64,000 bases of DNA from Octopus sinensis (taxonomy: Eukaryota), in the NCBI RefSeq assembly GCF_006345805.1, contig NC_043003.1, positions 107,012,001 through 107,076,000 on the forward strand, written 5' to 3'. Shown here one piece after another: positions 49,561 to 60,900 of this stretch. How positions within the stretch are numbered: the stretch's first letter is position 1; each line of letters starts with the position of its first letter. Made by a program: the position numbers and the translations under genes. Below the pieces are notes generated by a model that saw only the letters and a list, made by a program, of their open reading frames with translations, was not told the DNA's origin and ran no database searches.

Positions 49561-50492
49561 AATAGATAGACAGACAGACAGACAGTCAGAAAGATAGATA
49601 GATAGGTAGGTAGGTAGGTAAGTAGGTAGGTAGGTAGATAGACAGACAGACAGACAGATAGATAGATAGATATAGGTATGTAAGCTAGATGCAGCAAGGA
49701 CTAGTAAGTCAAAATGCACAAAGAAGCTGGGGAGAAGCATTCAGTAAAAAAAAGGTCTAAGCTCGGGATTGATAAGGGTACTACTACTAACAATAATAAT
49801 GAGGATGATGATGGTGGTGGTGGTGGTGGTGGTGATGACGACAACGACGATGATGATGATGATGATGATGATGATGACAAGGCATAGCAAATGTAAAAAA
49901 AATGTTGGAATAGATTGAATGGTATAAATGCTAACAGTTCGATGATGCTAATGGAACGGATATAGCTAACGATAGAAAGAATAGTTTTGGAGGGGAAAAA
50001 ACAGAAACCAAACAAGCAAATAGGAGAAGTACTAGTGATTTGTTTCTTTTTTTTTTTTTTTGGTTTTGAAAGAAACAACCGAATCTTGATATGATAAAAC
50101 ACAGAGGCCTTTTACCGTTTGTTGACCTATAGCTGTGTGTAAGAATATTATATGCACACATATGAACAACTGGGAAAGTGGAGAAAGGTTGAGTGGTACA
50201 GAAAATAGGAAATAAATATATATTGTTGTATCTCAGGAGGGTCATTATGTCAATAATAAATATACACACTCACTGGTCTTATTTCACTTCCTTTTTATTT
50301 GTTTGTCAATTGGTTAACTCATCATCATCATCATCATCGTTTAACCCTTTTGATACCAACCTGGCTGAAAGTGCCTCTGACTCTGTAGTACAAATGTCTT
50401 GTTTTCATAAGTTCAGAATTAAAATCTTCCACCAAACCTAAGTCACAATTTATGTTTCTAACACTAGCTGAATGATAACTAAGTTATTTTAC

Positions 50493-50689
50493 AGTTCTAT
50501 ATTTAAGAGATGAGGAATTATGTTTACATTATTTACATTTGACGGATATTTGTCCTCATCTTGTTTGTTGTTAACACAACATTTCAGCTGATAAACCCTC
50601 CAGCTTTCAAAAGGTGTTTTGGTGAAATTTCAAACCTGGGTTCTCATTCCTAAGGTATTTTTCATTGTTGTTGTTATTGCTGTTGCTGG

Positions 50690-50724
<35 letters not shown>

Positions 50725-50879
50725 TTGTTGTTGTTGTTGTTGTTGCTGCTGCTGCTGTTGTTGTTGTTGTTGTAGTTGTTGTTATTATTCAGGTCACTGC
50801 CTGGAATCGAACTTGGAATCTTGGGGTTAAGAGTACGGGCTACTAACTCCAAGATTCCAAGTTTAATTCCAGGCAGTGA

Positions 50880-50959
<80 letters not shown>

Positions 50960-51102
50960 TTGAAAAATACCTTAGGAATGAGAACCCAGGTTTCAAATTT
51001 TCCCAAGACACCTGAAGAAGGCTGGAGGGTATATCAGCCGAAACGTTGTGTTAACAACAAACAAGATGAGGACAAATATCCGTCAAATGTAAATAATGTA
51101 AA
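50493..51102. mobile_element. SINE family D head-to-head fold-back insertion with one 13-bp TSD
   Basis: Minus copy (about 50493-50828) fused at GTTA to a plus copy (about 50826-51105); TAAGTTATTTTAC at 50480-50492 and 51103-51115. Confidence 0.85.
51007..51052 (+). ncRNA. minimal type I hammerhead ribozyme motif in the SINE D tail
   Basis: GACAC-CTGAAGA-A-GGCTG/loop/CAGCC-GAAA-CG-T-T-GTGTT: helix I 5 bp (one G.U), helix II 5 bp, complete conserved core, palindromic helix III (AACGTT). Activity not shown. Confidence 0.72.
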
Positions 51103-51439
51103 TAAGTTATTTTACTAAATTCTTCATTGTATTTAAAATAATTGAGAGAAAAACAGAGCATCACAAAATAAATACACTAATTTGAGGGTTAATGTCCATT
51201 TCCTGTTCTGGCATGAGTTGGATGGCTCAACAGGGCTACGCCAGGCACCAAATATCTCTTTGGTAAAGTTTCTATTGCTGGATGCTCTTCTTAACACCAA
51301 ACATTTTACAGAGTATATTGGGTGTTTTGTTTGACATGGTACCGGCACCAGTGTTTTTTACATGACACCAGCTCAGGTACATTATATTTGGCAGTAGCAT
51401 GGGCGCTATATATATATACATACATACATATATATATAT

Positions 51440-51820
51440 ATTCTTTTATTCTTTTACTTGTTTCAGTCATTTGACTGCGGCCATGTTGGAGCATCTCCTT
51501 TAGTGGAGCAAAATGACCCCAGGACTTATTCTTTGTAAGCCTAGTACTTATTCTATCGGTCTCTTTTGATGAACCACTACGTTACATGATCGTAAACACA
51601 CCAACACCATCGGTGTTCAAGCAATGTTGAGGGGACAAACACACACACACAAACATACACACACACTCACACACACACACATGATGGGCTTCTTTCAGTT
51701 TCCGTCTACCAAATCCTGAGGCTATAGTAGAAGACACTTGTCCAAGGTGTCACGCAGTGGGACTGAACCCGGAACCATGAGGTTGGTAAGCAAGCTACTT
51801 ACCACGCAGCCATTTCTGTG

Positions 51821-51825
<5 letters not shown>
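51440..51825 (-). mobile_element. SINE family A, diverged
   Basis: Reverse complement family A with an internal deletion. Confidence 0.82.
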
Positions 51826-51854
<29 letters not shown>

Positions 51855-52325
51855 TTATTTAATCAAAAAGCTAACCAATTGTTTGATTGCTCGTTTAGTC
51901 AATCAATCCAGCAGTCTGGTTGGTCCATGTCATTTTGTTACCATTCGTGTCCTCATCAGTTAGACATCCTCTGAATGATAAATTAAATCAATTCGTTAAC
52001 TGGTTAAATAATTAACCAGTTGACGAAATGAAATAAAACCAGTGCATGTGTTTACAGTTGGTGTGACAAAAAAAGTTCAATCAACAACAATAAAGAGTTG
52101 TGAGTTCTAAATGGACAGAAGAAATACATCCTAACAATGACACACCGTCACCAACAACAACACCAATGCTACTAACATCATCATCATCTACATCATTAGC
52201 ACCATCGTAATCACCACCACCAACACCACCACTAGAGACACCCAACATCACAAACATGAGCGCCAAACCAAGGAGAACTGCTAAGACACATGAATTACAC
52301 TGTCAACAAAGAATTAATGGAACAT

Positions 52326-52710
52326 GTGGAGGCGCAATGGCTCAGTGGTTAGGGCAGCGGACTCGCGGTCATAGGATTGCGGTTTCGATTCCCAGACCGG
52401 GCGTTGTGAGTGTTTATTGAGCGAAAACACCTAAAAGCTCCACGAGGCTCCGGCAGGGGATGGTGGTGATCCCTGCTGTACTCTTTCACCACAACTTTCT
52501 CTCACTCTTACTTCCTGTTTCTGTTGTGCCTGTATTTCAAGGGGCCGGCCTTGTCACTCTCTGTGTCACGCTGAATATCCCAGAGAACTACGTTAAGGGT
52601 GCACGTGTCTGTGGAGTGCTCAGCCACTTACACGTTAATTTCACGAGCAGGCTGTTCCGTTGATTCGGATCAACTGGAACCCTTGCCGTCATAACCAACG
52701 GAGTGCTTCC
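52326..52710 (+). mobile_element. SINE family B, full length, ~12-bp TSD
   Basis: TTAATGGAACAT before and TTAATGAAACAT after (11/12). Confidence 0.9.
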
Positions 52711-53425
52711 TTTTCCTTAATGAAACATGCAGAATACTCAGACATAACTCAGATTGACTTGTCTCTCAGTTGGTTAACTCATCATCATCACCATCATTAT
52801 CTAATGTCCGTTTTCTATGCTGGCATGAGTTGGATGGCTCGACAGGAGCTAGCAAGCCGGAAGGCTACACCAGGCACCAAAATGTCTGTTTGGTAAGGTT
52901 TCTGTTGCTGGATGCTCTTCTTAACACCAAACAATTCAGACAAAAGAAGAAACAGGTGAGAACCAGTGAAAGAGTACAATCACCAGGTGTTTAGTAACAT
53001 TTAAGATCCATCATATGTTTGTGGGTAACATTGCGCAGACAATGAAAAAAGCTCTAGTACGGCGGACAGAAACTAAAACCCAATATTATGCCAGTGCCAT
53101 AGGTAGGTAGGTAAGTAGGTAGGTAGGTAGGTAGGTACCTTTATATATTCAAGAAGCATGGTCTTGATTATGGCAAACTACGACAGTCTGCAGTACCGGT
53201 GTCACTCTGTAATCATTTGGACAGTAGTTTTGTTAGGGAAGAAGAAGACTGTCCACCCCAGATGACGCTTTTATGTAGGTGGCACTTTTTTGGGGTGTGT
53301 TCTATAAACTTGTCTAGGCTTCTGGGGGTCCAGTGGGGATGGGGCAGTAAACTCAGAGGCTGCTACGTTACTGCCTTTGAAATACAAGCGCTAAAGAAAT
53401 TGAACTTATGACTCTTTCTCTACAC

Positions 53426-53990
53426 CAGTGTTTCAAAAGGTGGAATGCACACCCGACACCAGTGTTTCAAAAGGTGGAATGCACACCCCACCTGTCTTGA
53501 CATTAATCTTTGGAAAGAGTAGTATTGTGTTTTATAAAAAAAAATTTAAAAGCAGGCTTGAAAAATCAAAATAAACTACAAAAAATTGTAATTTTGGTGA
53601 CATACTTTTTACAGTATTTTGTCACTTTCAGATAATTTTTAAGTGTTTGGATTTGTGGTCTGAATTATTTTTAACAAGATTCTACATTATTTTCAAAGTG
53701 TGATATGGTAACTTTGGCAGAGAATGCACACAAAGACAAAACAAGATGGCAACAGATTTATGGAACTGACCTTCTCAACAAGTTTTAAAAAACAAACCAA
53801 AAATAAATCTGTTGATGAAGACAGCAAAGATTATATGAGCTAATTCACTGACATTTCTGAAGAGTTTTGTTCTTTAAAAACTCAAATCCAAGGAAACAGT
53901 GTGACATTTGTTGATGCCAAAGTTAAGATGTTTGTAGTTGTAATGCTTCTGGATTTGTGCCAACAGAAAGTGAATTCAATAGCAGAAGAA
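53426..53990 (+). pseudogene. possible hAT (Charlie/Buster-like) remnant
   Basis: CAGTGTTTC TIR-like start duplicated in tandem (34-bp period); downstream reading FTDISEEFCSLKTQIQGNSVTFVDAKVK weakly resembles the hAT core. Confidence 0.4.
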
Positions 53991-54037
53991 GGGTAAAGCA
54001 GTGCAGCAAGGGACAGAATTACAGCTTAGAGTTGACA

Positions 54038-54786
54038 CATCATCATCATCATCATCATCATCAACATCGTTTAACGTCCGTTTTCCATGCTGGTATGGGT
54101 TGGACGGTTCAACCGGGGTCTAGGAAGCCAGGAGGCTGCACCAGGCTCCAGTCTGATCTGGCAGTGTTTCTACAGCTGGATGCCCTTCCTAACGCCAACC
54201 ACTCCGTGGGTGTAGTGGGTGATTTTTATGTGCCAGGGGAGGCTGGCAGCGGCCACGATCGGTTGGTGCTTTTTATGTGCCACCGGCACAGAAGCCAGTC
54301 GAGGCAGCACTGGCATCAGCCACGTTTGGATGGTGCTTTTTATGTGCCAGGGGAGGCTGGCAGCGGCCACGATCAGTTGGTGCTTTTTATGTGCCACCGG
54401 CACAGAAGCCAGTCGAGGCAGCGCTGGCATCAGCCACGTTCGGATGGTGCTTTTTATGTGCCAGGGGAGGCTGGCAGCGGCCACGATCAGTTGGTGCTTT
54501 TTATGTGCCACCGGCACAGAAGCCAGTCGAGGTAGCACTGGCATCAGCCACGTTCGGATGGTGCTTTTTATGTGCCAGGGGAGGCTGGCAATGGCCACAA
54601 TCGGTTGGCGCTTCTTACGTGCCACTGGCACAGAAACCAGTCAAGGTGGTGCTGGCATCGGCCACGTTCGGAATGTGCTTTTTACATGCCACCGGCACTG
54701 ATATCACAACTACTATTTCCATTTAATATTTATTTTGATGTTGATGTTGATGTACTTGACTCAATAGGTTTCCTCAAGCACAGCAG
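54038..54786 (-). mobile_element. RTE LINE 3' UTR fragment with 4 x 114-bp higher-order repeat
   Basis: (CAT)n tail; ATGTGCCAGGGG at 54228, 54342, 54456 and 54570. Confidence 0.88.
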
Positions 54787-55004
54787 GTCACCCTACGATC
54801 CAAGGAGCACACAAATTTGGGTGCAAGCATATCAAAAAACCAAAGCAAAACTAGATAACAAGGTGTGATGTGAATACATTATGGGTAGTGTGTAAATAAC
54901 ACAACAGAATAGAACATCGTGGAAGGTTCTAAGAACTAAAACTAAATATTGGCTGCAAGGGTGTCAGCAGGTTATGAATGATGAGTTAAAGTTGAACATA
55001 ACTA

Positions 55005-55162
55005 TTGGGTTGGGGCATAATTATTGCAGCGTGGAGGTGCAATGGCCCAGTGGTTAGGGCAGCGGACTCGCGGTCATAGGATCGCGGTTTCGAGTCCCAG
55101 ACCGGGCGTTGTGAGTGTTTATTGAGCGAAAACACCTAAAGCTCCACAAGGCACCAACTTAA
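55005..55162. mobile_element. mariner-TIR-bounded composite carrying a SINE B head
   Basis: TA-TTGGGTTGGGGCATAATTATTGC, SINE B 5' ~120 bp (55031-55150), then GCACCAACTTAA-TA. Confidence 0.65.
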
Positions 55163-55172
55163 TATATATATA

Positions 55173-55413
55173 TTGGATTGGTGCATAATTATTGCGGCTT
55201 TTTCAACAAATTTTATTCAGTAAAAACAATATTTAATGAAAACATCTTTAAATGACGGTCTGACCATCTGCCAAGTAAATGGGAAGCAGTAATTGAAGTA
55301 GATGGTGAATATGCTCCGGAATAATCATTTAGAGATGTTTTTGTTACATTTTGTTATTGTTTTTGTTGAATAAAATTTGTTGAAAAAGCCGCAATGATTA
55401 TACACCAACCCAA
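55173..55413. mobile_element. mariner MITE
   Basis: TA-flanked TIRs TTGGATTGGTGCATAATTATTGCGGCTTTTT / AAAAAGCCGCAATGATTATACACCAACCCAA; interior reads DHLPSKWEAVIEVDGEY (transposase tail). Confidence 0.85.
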
Positions 55414-55986
55414 TATATTTCAGGGTTAATTGCATGTTACTATGTGATCAGCATAAAGCTTGCAGGGCAAAGATTAATTTCAACAAAATGAAATGCTATA
55501 TTCAGCTGTTTGTGATATCTTTGAGTGTTTGTGTATGAAATGTGCAGGTGAAATGCATGCAAAACAGAATGTAAAAAGAGTGGAGTAAAGAATTTTTGTT
55601 TGGTATTTGTGCGTGCATGAAAAGCAGCATGCGTCCTTTAAAAAATGAAGGTGCGTGCATGTATGAACAATGGAAACACAAGATAAAAAGGCATGCAAAA
55701 GGAAAAAGAAAAATGTAGCCGAGAGGGAAAAAACAAACTGTTCATATGAAGAAATAATAAGTTACCGAGAATTGGAAGGACACACAAGACTCATCCCCAC
55801 CATGTGCCACACCTGTCTTTGCGAGTCACCCCTCCTTCTACCTTCAGTTTGCTGGCTGCGGAAACCAACACAATGTTTGTGTAAAAATGTATTTTTCAAA
55901 ACAAAATTTGAAAACTTTTCCAACAAATTTGAACCCCACAAAGAGGCAAGAAACAAAAGAAACAACAAAACAACCAGTCTTATTAA

Positions 55987-56201
55987 CCCTTTCGTTACTG
56001 TATTTATTTTGAGATGCTCTGTGTTTCTTTCAATTAATTTTAAACATAACAAAGAATTAAGTAAAACAACTTAGTTACCATTCAGCTGGAGTTTGAAGCA
56101 TAAATTGTGACTAAGGTTTGGTGGAAGATTTTAATTCAGAACTTATGAAAACAAGACATTTATACTCAGAGCCAGTTTCAACCGGGTTGGTATCAAAAGG
56201 G
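55987..56201. mobile_element. piggyBac-like MITE, intact
   Basis: TTAA-CCCTTT...AAAGGG-TTAA. Confidence 0.82.
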
Positions 56202-56214
56202 TTAACCATGTAAT

Positions 56215-56398
56215 ACAACACAAACATTTACATTGATAGGGTTTTTCTAAGGATGTGGGCAGTACTTGTTAGCACAATCTTTTGGATTTCCTTGAGACAT
56301 GGTTCTCCAGGGATATTGTCTAGGTGTTTCTGACATCCCTTTTTTATCATACCTAGGGTACCTACAATTACAGGAACAGTTTTTGTTTTAAGATTCCA

Positions 56399-56400
<2 letters not shown>
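56215..56400 (-). pseudogene. R4/Dong-like LINE 3' tip (family 2)
   Basis: WNLKTKTVPVIVGTLGMIKKG..IPGEPCLKEIQK..STAHILRKTLSM*; 5' junction in (TAA)n. Confidence 0.78.
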
Positions 56401-56444
<44 letters not shown>

Positions 56445-56448
56445 TTAT

Positions 56449-57115
56449 TGCCTTTGTAAAGCTTCTAACGCTGGAGATGTAATACGGTGTCAGCTGTTCC
56501 CTACCAGTGAACTAAGGCAATACCCCCTATTTTTTGAGTACCATCCGGAGTATTCAAGCGGTTCCAAGCAGTGCTGTTTTCTGCAAGTGCTCCACCCTTA
56601 TTGCAGCCCCTATTTATTCCATGTACTTCTCAAGATTTTTACTCACTGTTCCCAGGGCTTCGATAATTATTGGAACTACTACCACTTTTTTCAGCAACCA
56701 CAACTGCTTAACCTCCCAAGCTAACCTGTTATATCTATCGACTTTTTTCCTTATTGCATACCGTGTTGTCAACTGGGTTTGCTATATCTATGATCCAGCA
56801 TCGTTTGCTTTCTTTCTCAATTAACACTGATTTCCTATTCTCTATTTCATGGTCAAACTGAATCATAAAATCCCATAGGATCTTTGCATTATCATTTTCG
56901 ATGATGCCTTCGAGTCTATAAGTCCATACTTGTTTCAAAATGTCCAATGGACAATCCTTGCTACATTGTCATGATGTCTCTTATAGTCTTTCTGGGTTAG
57001 TGCTGTACATTGACTGATAATATGCCATACGGTTTCACTATTTTGTTCACAAATTCTGCCCTTATCATTTCCTGATGAGTTGTCTTATTCTGTATCTGAT
57101 GTAATTGGTTCTTAC
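56449..57115 (-). pseudogene. R4/Dong-like LINE 3' fragment (same family as 33138)
   Basis: NAKILWDFMIQFDHEIENR..KRCWIIDIA; bounded by (TAA)n. Confidence 0.82.
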
Positions 57116-57418
57116 TATTATTATTATTTTTTTTTCTATCTTTCTTCAAATTTTCTTCCGTTTCTCGCCGAGTGTTTTCCGTACACCTAGGGCAGAGAAG
57201 CTCATTGTATGCATTCCCAGATTACGCATGCAAATTCACAGGTAAAATATGTATTTAAAAAATTAATAAATAAATAAATTCATGAATGGATGTTGTTTTC
57301 ACAGCAATAATGCTCTTCTCAGTACATGAGCCATTCCAGTTAACAAAATTTTTTGCACTTCTTCTTCTTCTTCTTCTTCTTCTTGTTATTATTATTATTA
57401 TTGTTGTTGTTGTTGTTG

Positions 57419-57478
<60 letters not shown>

Positions 57479-57479
57479 T

Positions 57480-57930
57480 ATGTTTGACTTTTGCTTTACA
57501 TTTGTACAAGTTGGCTCCAAGTCTCACCCAGAGACCTCAAGAGACAACAGGTTGGAAGTTCACGTTGTTGTTATGCCTAGTGTGCCATATATTCGGTTTT
57601 ATATTTAGTGTTGTACTAGTGAATGTCTAAAAACCATACGAAAATTATGTTTGTTTAAAACTTGAGATTACATAGAAAGTATTTTGCGTAGGATATGAGC
57701 AGTTCCCATGAGCACTATCTTTTGAATTTCTGCCATTTTTGGGTTTCCTGGTATCTGAGTTAGGTACCAATCAGCCCCTTTTGCTATCATTCCCAGGGCA
57801 CCTATGACAACAGGTATTGTTTTAGTCTTCAGGTTCCAAATTTTGCTGATTTCTATTTCAAGATCTTTATTTTTGCTCAGTTTTTGGTAGGTCTTGACAG
57901 GTACGTTTACATCGATTGGGACAGTCATAT
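57480..57930 (-). pseudogene. R4/Dong-like LINE 3' fragment (family 2) with 3' UTR
   Basis: IDMTVPIDVNV..KDLEIEISKIWNLKTKTIPVVIGALG..GTAHILRKILSM*; both ends in (TAA)n. Confidence 0.85.
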
Positions 57931-57949
57931 CAATTATTATTATTATTAT

Positions 57950-58009
<60 letters not shown>

Positions 58010-58035
58010 CATCATTATTATTATTATTATTGAAT

Positions 58036-58248
58036 GCAGCAAGCTGGCAGAATCGTTAGCGTGTCAGACAAAATGCAATGTTTAGCAACATTTCTTTTGG
58101 TTCTTTATGTCCTGAGTTCAAACACCACTGAGGACAACCTTGCAATTCATTCTTCCGGGATCTTAAAATATCTGCCAGTTGATAACAGGGATTGATCTAA
58201 TTCTTCTCCATAAAATCGCTGGCGTTGTGCCACAATTAGAAAGAATTA
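58036..58248 (+). mobile_element. SINE family C, old monomer
   Basis: GCAAGCTGGCAGAATCGTTAGC head, GAGTTCAAA B-box, GCGTTGTGCC..TAGAAAG tail. Confidence 0.65.
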
Positions 58249-58297
58249 TAATTCATTTATTTAGTCAGTAATTATATTTTTATGATAGTAAGATGAT

Positions 58298-58709
58298 AGG
58301 CACAGGAGTGGCTGTGTGGTAAGTAGCTTACTAACCAACCACATGGTTCCGGGTTCAGTCCCACTGCGTGGCATCTTGGGCAAGTGTCTTCTGCTATAGC
58401 CCCGGCCGACCAATGCCTTGTGAGTGGATTTGGTAGACGGAAACTGAAAGAAGCCTGTCGTATATATGTATATATATATATAAGTGTGTGTGTATATGTT
58501 TGTGTGTCTGTGTTTGTCCCCCTAGCATTGCTTGACAACTGATGCTGGTGTGTTTACATCCCCATCACTTAGCGGTTCGGCAAAAGAGACCGATAGAATA
58601 AGTACTGGGCTTACAAAGAATAAGTCCCTGGGTCGAGTTGCTTGACTAAAGGCGGTGCTCCAGCATGGCCGCAGTCAAATGACTGAAACATGTAAAAGAG
58701 TAGAAGAGT
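58298..58709 (+). mobile_element. SINE family A, full length
   Basis: Matches family A. Confidence 0.9.
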
Positions 58710-59139
58710 GAGAAACTGCAGAACTTTAAAACAAAAACGCCATTGTAGTATTTCAAGTGATGAAATGTTATTGATTTCTTTCATAGGAAGTCTGCCAATT
58801 TATGGAGAAGAAAGATAACGTTCAATCAACTCAACTCAAAACTATTTCTTGTGTTTGAAATATACATTTGACCCCTGGCGAGAATTGAATGTAGAATTTA
58901 GAAGGACAAAAATAAATACTACGAGCAAACTTAGCGGAGGGCTTTGAGAGTTAAGCAGTGAAGAAGAGAATCGTTGTGTAAACATGTCCGAGTTTCGTAA
59001 ACACTAAGGCAGTGCTCCAGCATGGCCACAGTCAAATGAATGAAACGTGTAAAAGAATTTGTATAAAAGTGGATGTAGCACTATAGAGATGATGGTGGTG
59101 GCAGTAGTGGCGATGTTTATCATTTTCATCATCATCATT

Positions 59140-59192
<53 letters not shown>

Positions 59193-59374
59193 TATGATCA
59201 TCATCGTCATAGATGCCTGTTTATTCTTAGATTATGATAGTTTTATGTTATATAAATTATATAAGTCGCTTCTCATTCAACTCTAACGAGTCTTTTAACC
59301 TTATTCTTGTGTTTATGTATTACAGATATTTCTGTGGAATTTGGATCATTCAAAGTTAGAGAATTAACTTTTTA

Positions 59375-59740
59375 TCTTTTACTTATTTCAGTTATTTGAC
59401 TGTGGCCATGCTGGAGCACCGCCTTTAGTCAAGCAAATCGACCCCAGGATTTATTCTTTGGAAGCCTAGTACTTATTTTACCAGTCTTTTGCCGAACTGC
59501 TGAGTTACAGGGACATAAACACACCAGCATCGGTTGTCAAGCGATGTTGGGGAGACAAATACAGACACAAAAACATATACACACACGTACATATATATAT
59601 ATACATACAACAGGCTTCTTTCAGTTTCCATCTACCAAATCCACTCACAAAGCTTTGGTCGGCCCAAGGCTATAGCAGACAACACTTGCCCAAGGTGCCA
59701 CGCAGTGGGAATGAACCTGGAACTATGTGGTCGGTAAGTA
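59375..59740 (-). mobile_element. SINE family A, diverged
   Basis: Reverse complement family A with the head tip missing. Confidence 0.82.
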
Positions 59741-60300
59741 AGAAGCACTTTTCTCCAGAAAAAAATGTCTCAAAACAATCACCCCAGATCCTAAATGTGA
59801 ATTAGGGCCTATCGTAAGTTTTATTGCTGGAAAGATATTTTTCCCAAACATGTGCTGCGGAAATTGGTGTGCCCCTCATATACCACTGTGTCTTTTATAC
59901 CATTAAATACAGTACATTACTTTTTAATTCTCATGTATCGTTGTTTTGATTTGGATATTTAATAGAAGGATGGTAGTTTTTTTATTATTATTCCTTAGTT
60001 TTGGATGATCTAGTCTTTTATTCGCAATTTTTAAAAGGAAGTGAAAAATCTGAAAATCAGCTATAATAATGTAGTCTTTTAGTCTCATTGCTATGAAGGT
60101 ATGATATTGTGGAGAAAAAAAATTGGAGGGAAAAGCTACAGAAGTTTAAAAATAGGACAAACTCTCTATTTTTAGCCAATAGTGAGACAGAAATTTTTTG
60201 TGTTTTGCAGAGTGGTGTCAACTTTAAGGTTGTACCCTGTAAAATTTATAGTTTAGCATCTGTAACATGACCTGTTCATTGTAGGTTTCTAAATAAACAG

Positions 60301-60572
60301 AAATACCGAATAAAATCAATATGTATCACCGTTTTGATGCTGTTTGGCTTCAGCAGTCTTCACAAATACAGAACTCACTACCAATTTCTGCATCTGACCA
60401 GTCCATTGAAAATGGTGATGGTGGCAAATCTGACACCACTTTACATGATGGTAACAATCAGAGTGATGTATTAAAGGAAGATATGAAAGTGTTAACTGGA
60501 GACTCTGGTTTAAATCCTGGACAGCATTATTTAATTGTCTCCAAAGATACAGCAGATCGAAAATCCACCTGA
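60301..60572 (+). CDS. candidate host coding exon (possibly terminal), product unknown
   Basis: Non-repetitive open frame MYHRFDAVWLQQSSQ..GQHYLIVSKDTADRKST* after AAACAG; ATTAAA at 60626; acceptor is weak. Confidence 0.3.
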
Positions 60573-60691
60573 AGATTGTCGGTAGCAGACATGAAACATT
60601 TGTAGTGGCGGTTTATTTAATTTATATTAAAATTTTATGTATTGATTAAGTCTTTCCTTGTTTGGTTTTAAAATAGTGGTTTTGTCTCGAA

Positions 60692-60692
60692 T

Positions 60693-60778
<86 letters not shown>

Positions 60779-60807
60779 TATATAGATATATATGTATGTA
60801 TATATAT

Positions 60808-60839
<32 letters not shown>

Positions 60840-60900
60840 ATATATAACATATATATATATATATATATGTATGTATATATATATAATATATATATATATA
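60692..60900. repeat. (TA)n microsatellite
   Basis: Seen directly. Confidence 0.95.

Larger units (their letters stand above)
50345..51188. mobile_element. piggyBac-like MITE (TTAA TSD) interrupted by the SINE D fold-back
   Basis: TTAA at 50341-50344 and 51189-51192; ends CCCTT../..GAGGG; uninterrupted homologue at 55987-56201. Confidence 0.8.

Noticed and set aside
58780-59350. Short AG-flanked open segments (58780, 59318) as micro-exons
   Set aside because: No convincing donor sites and no recognisable peptide; indistinguishable from chance.
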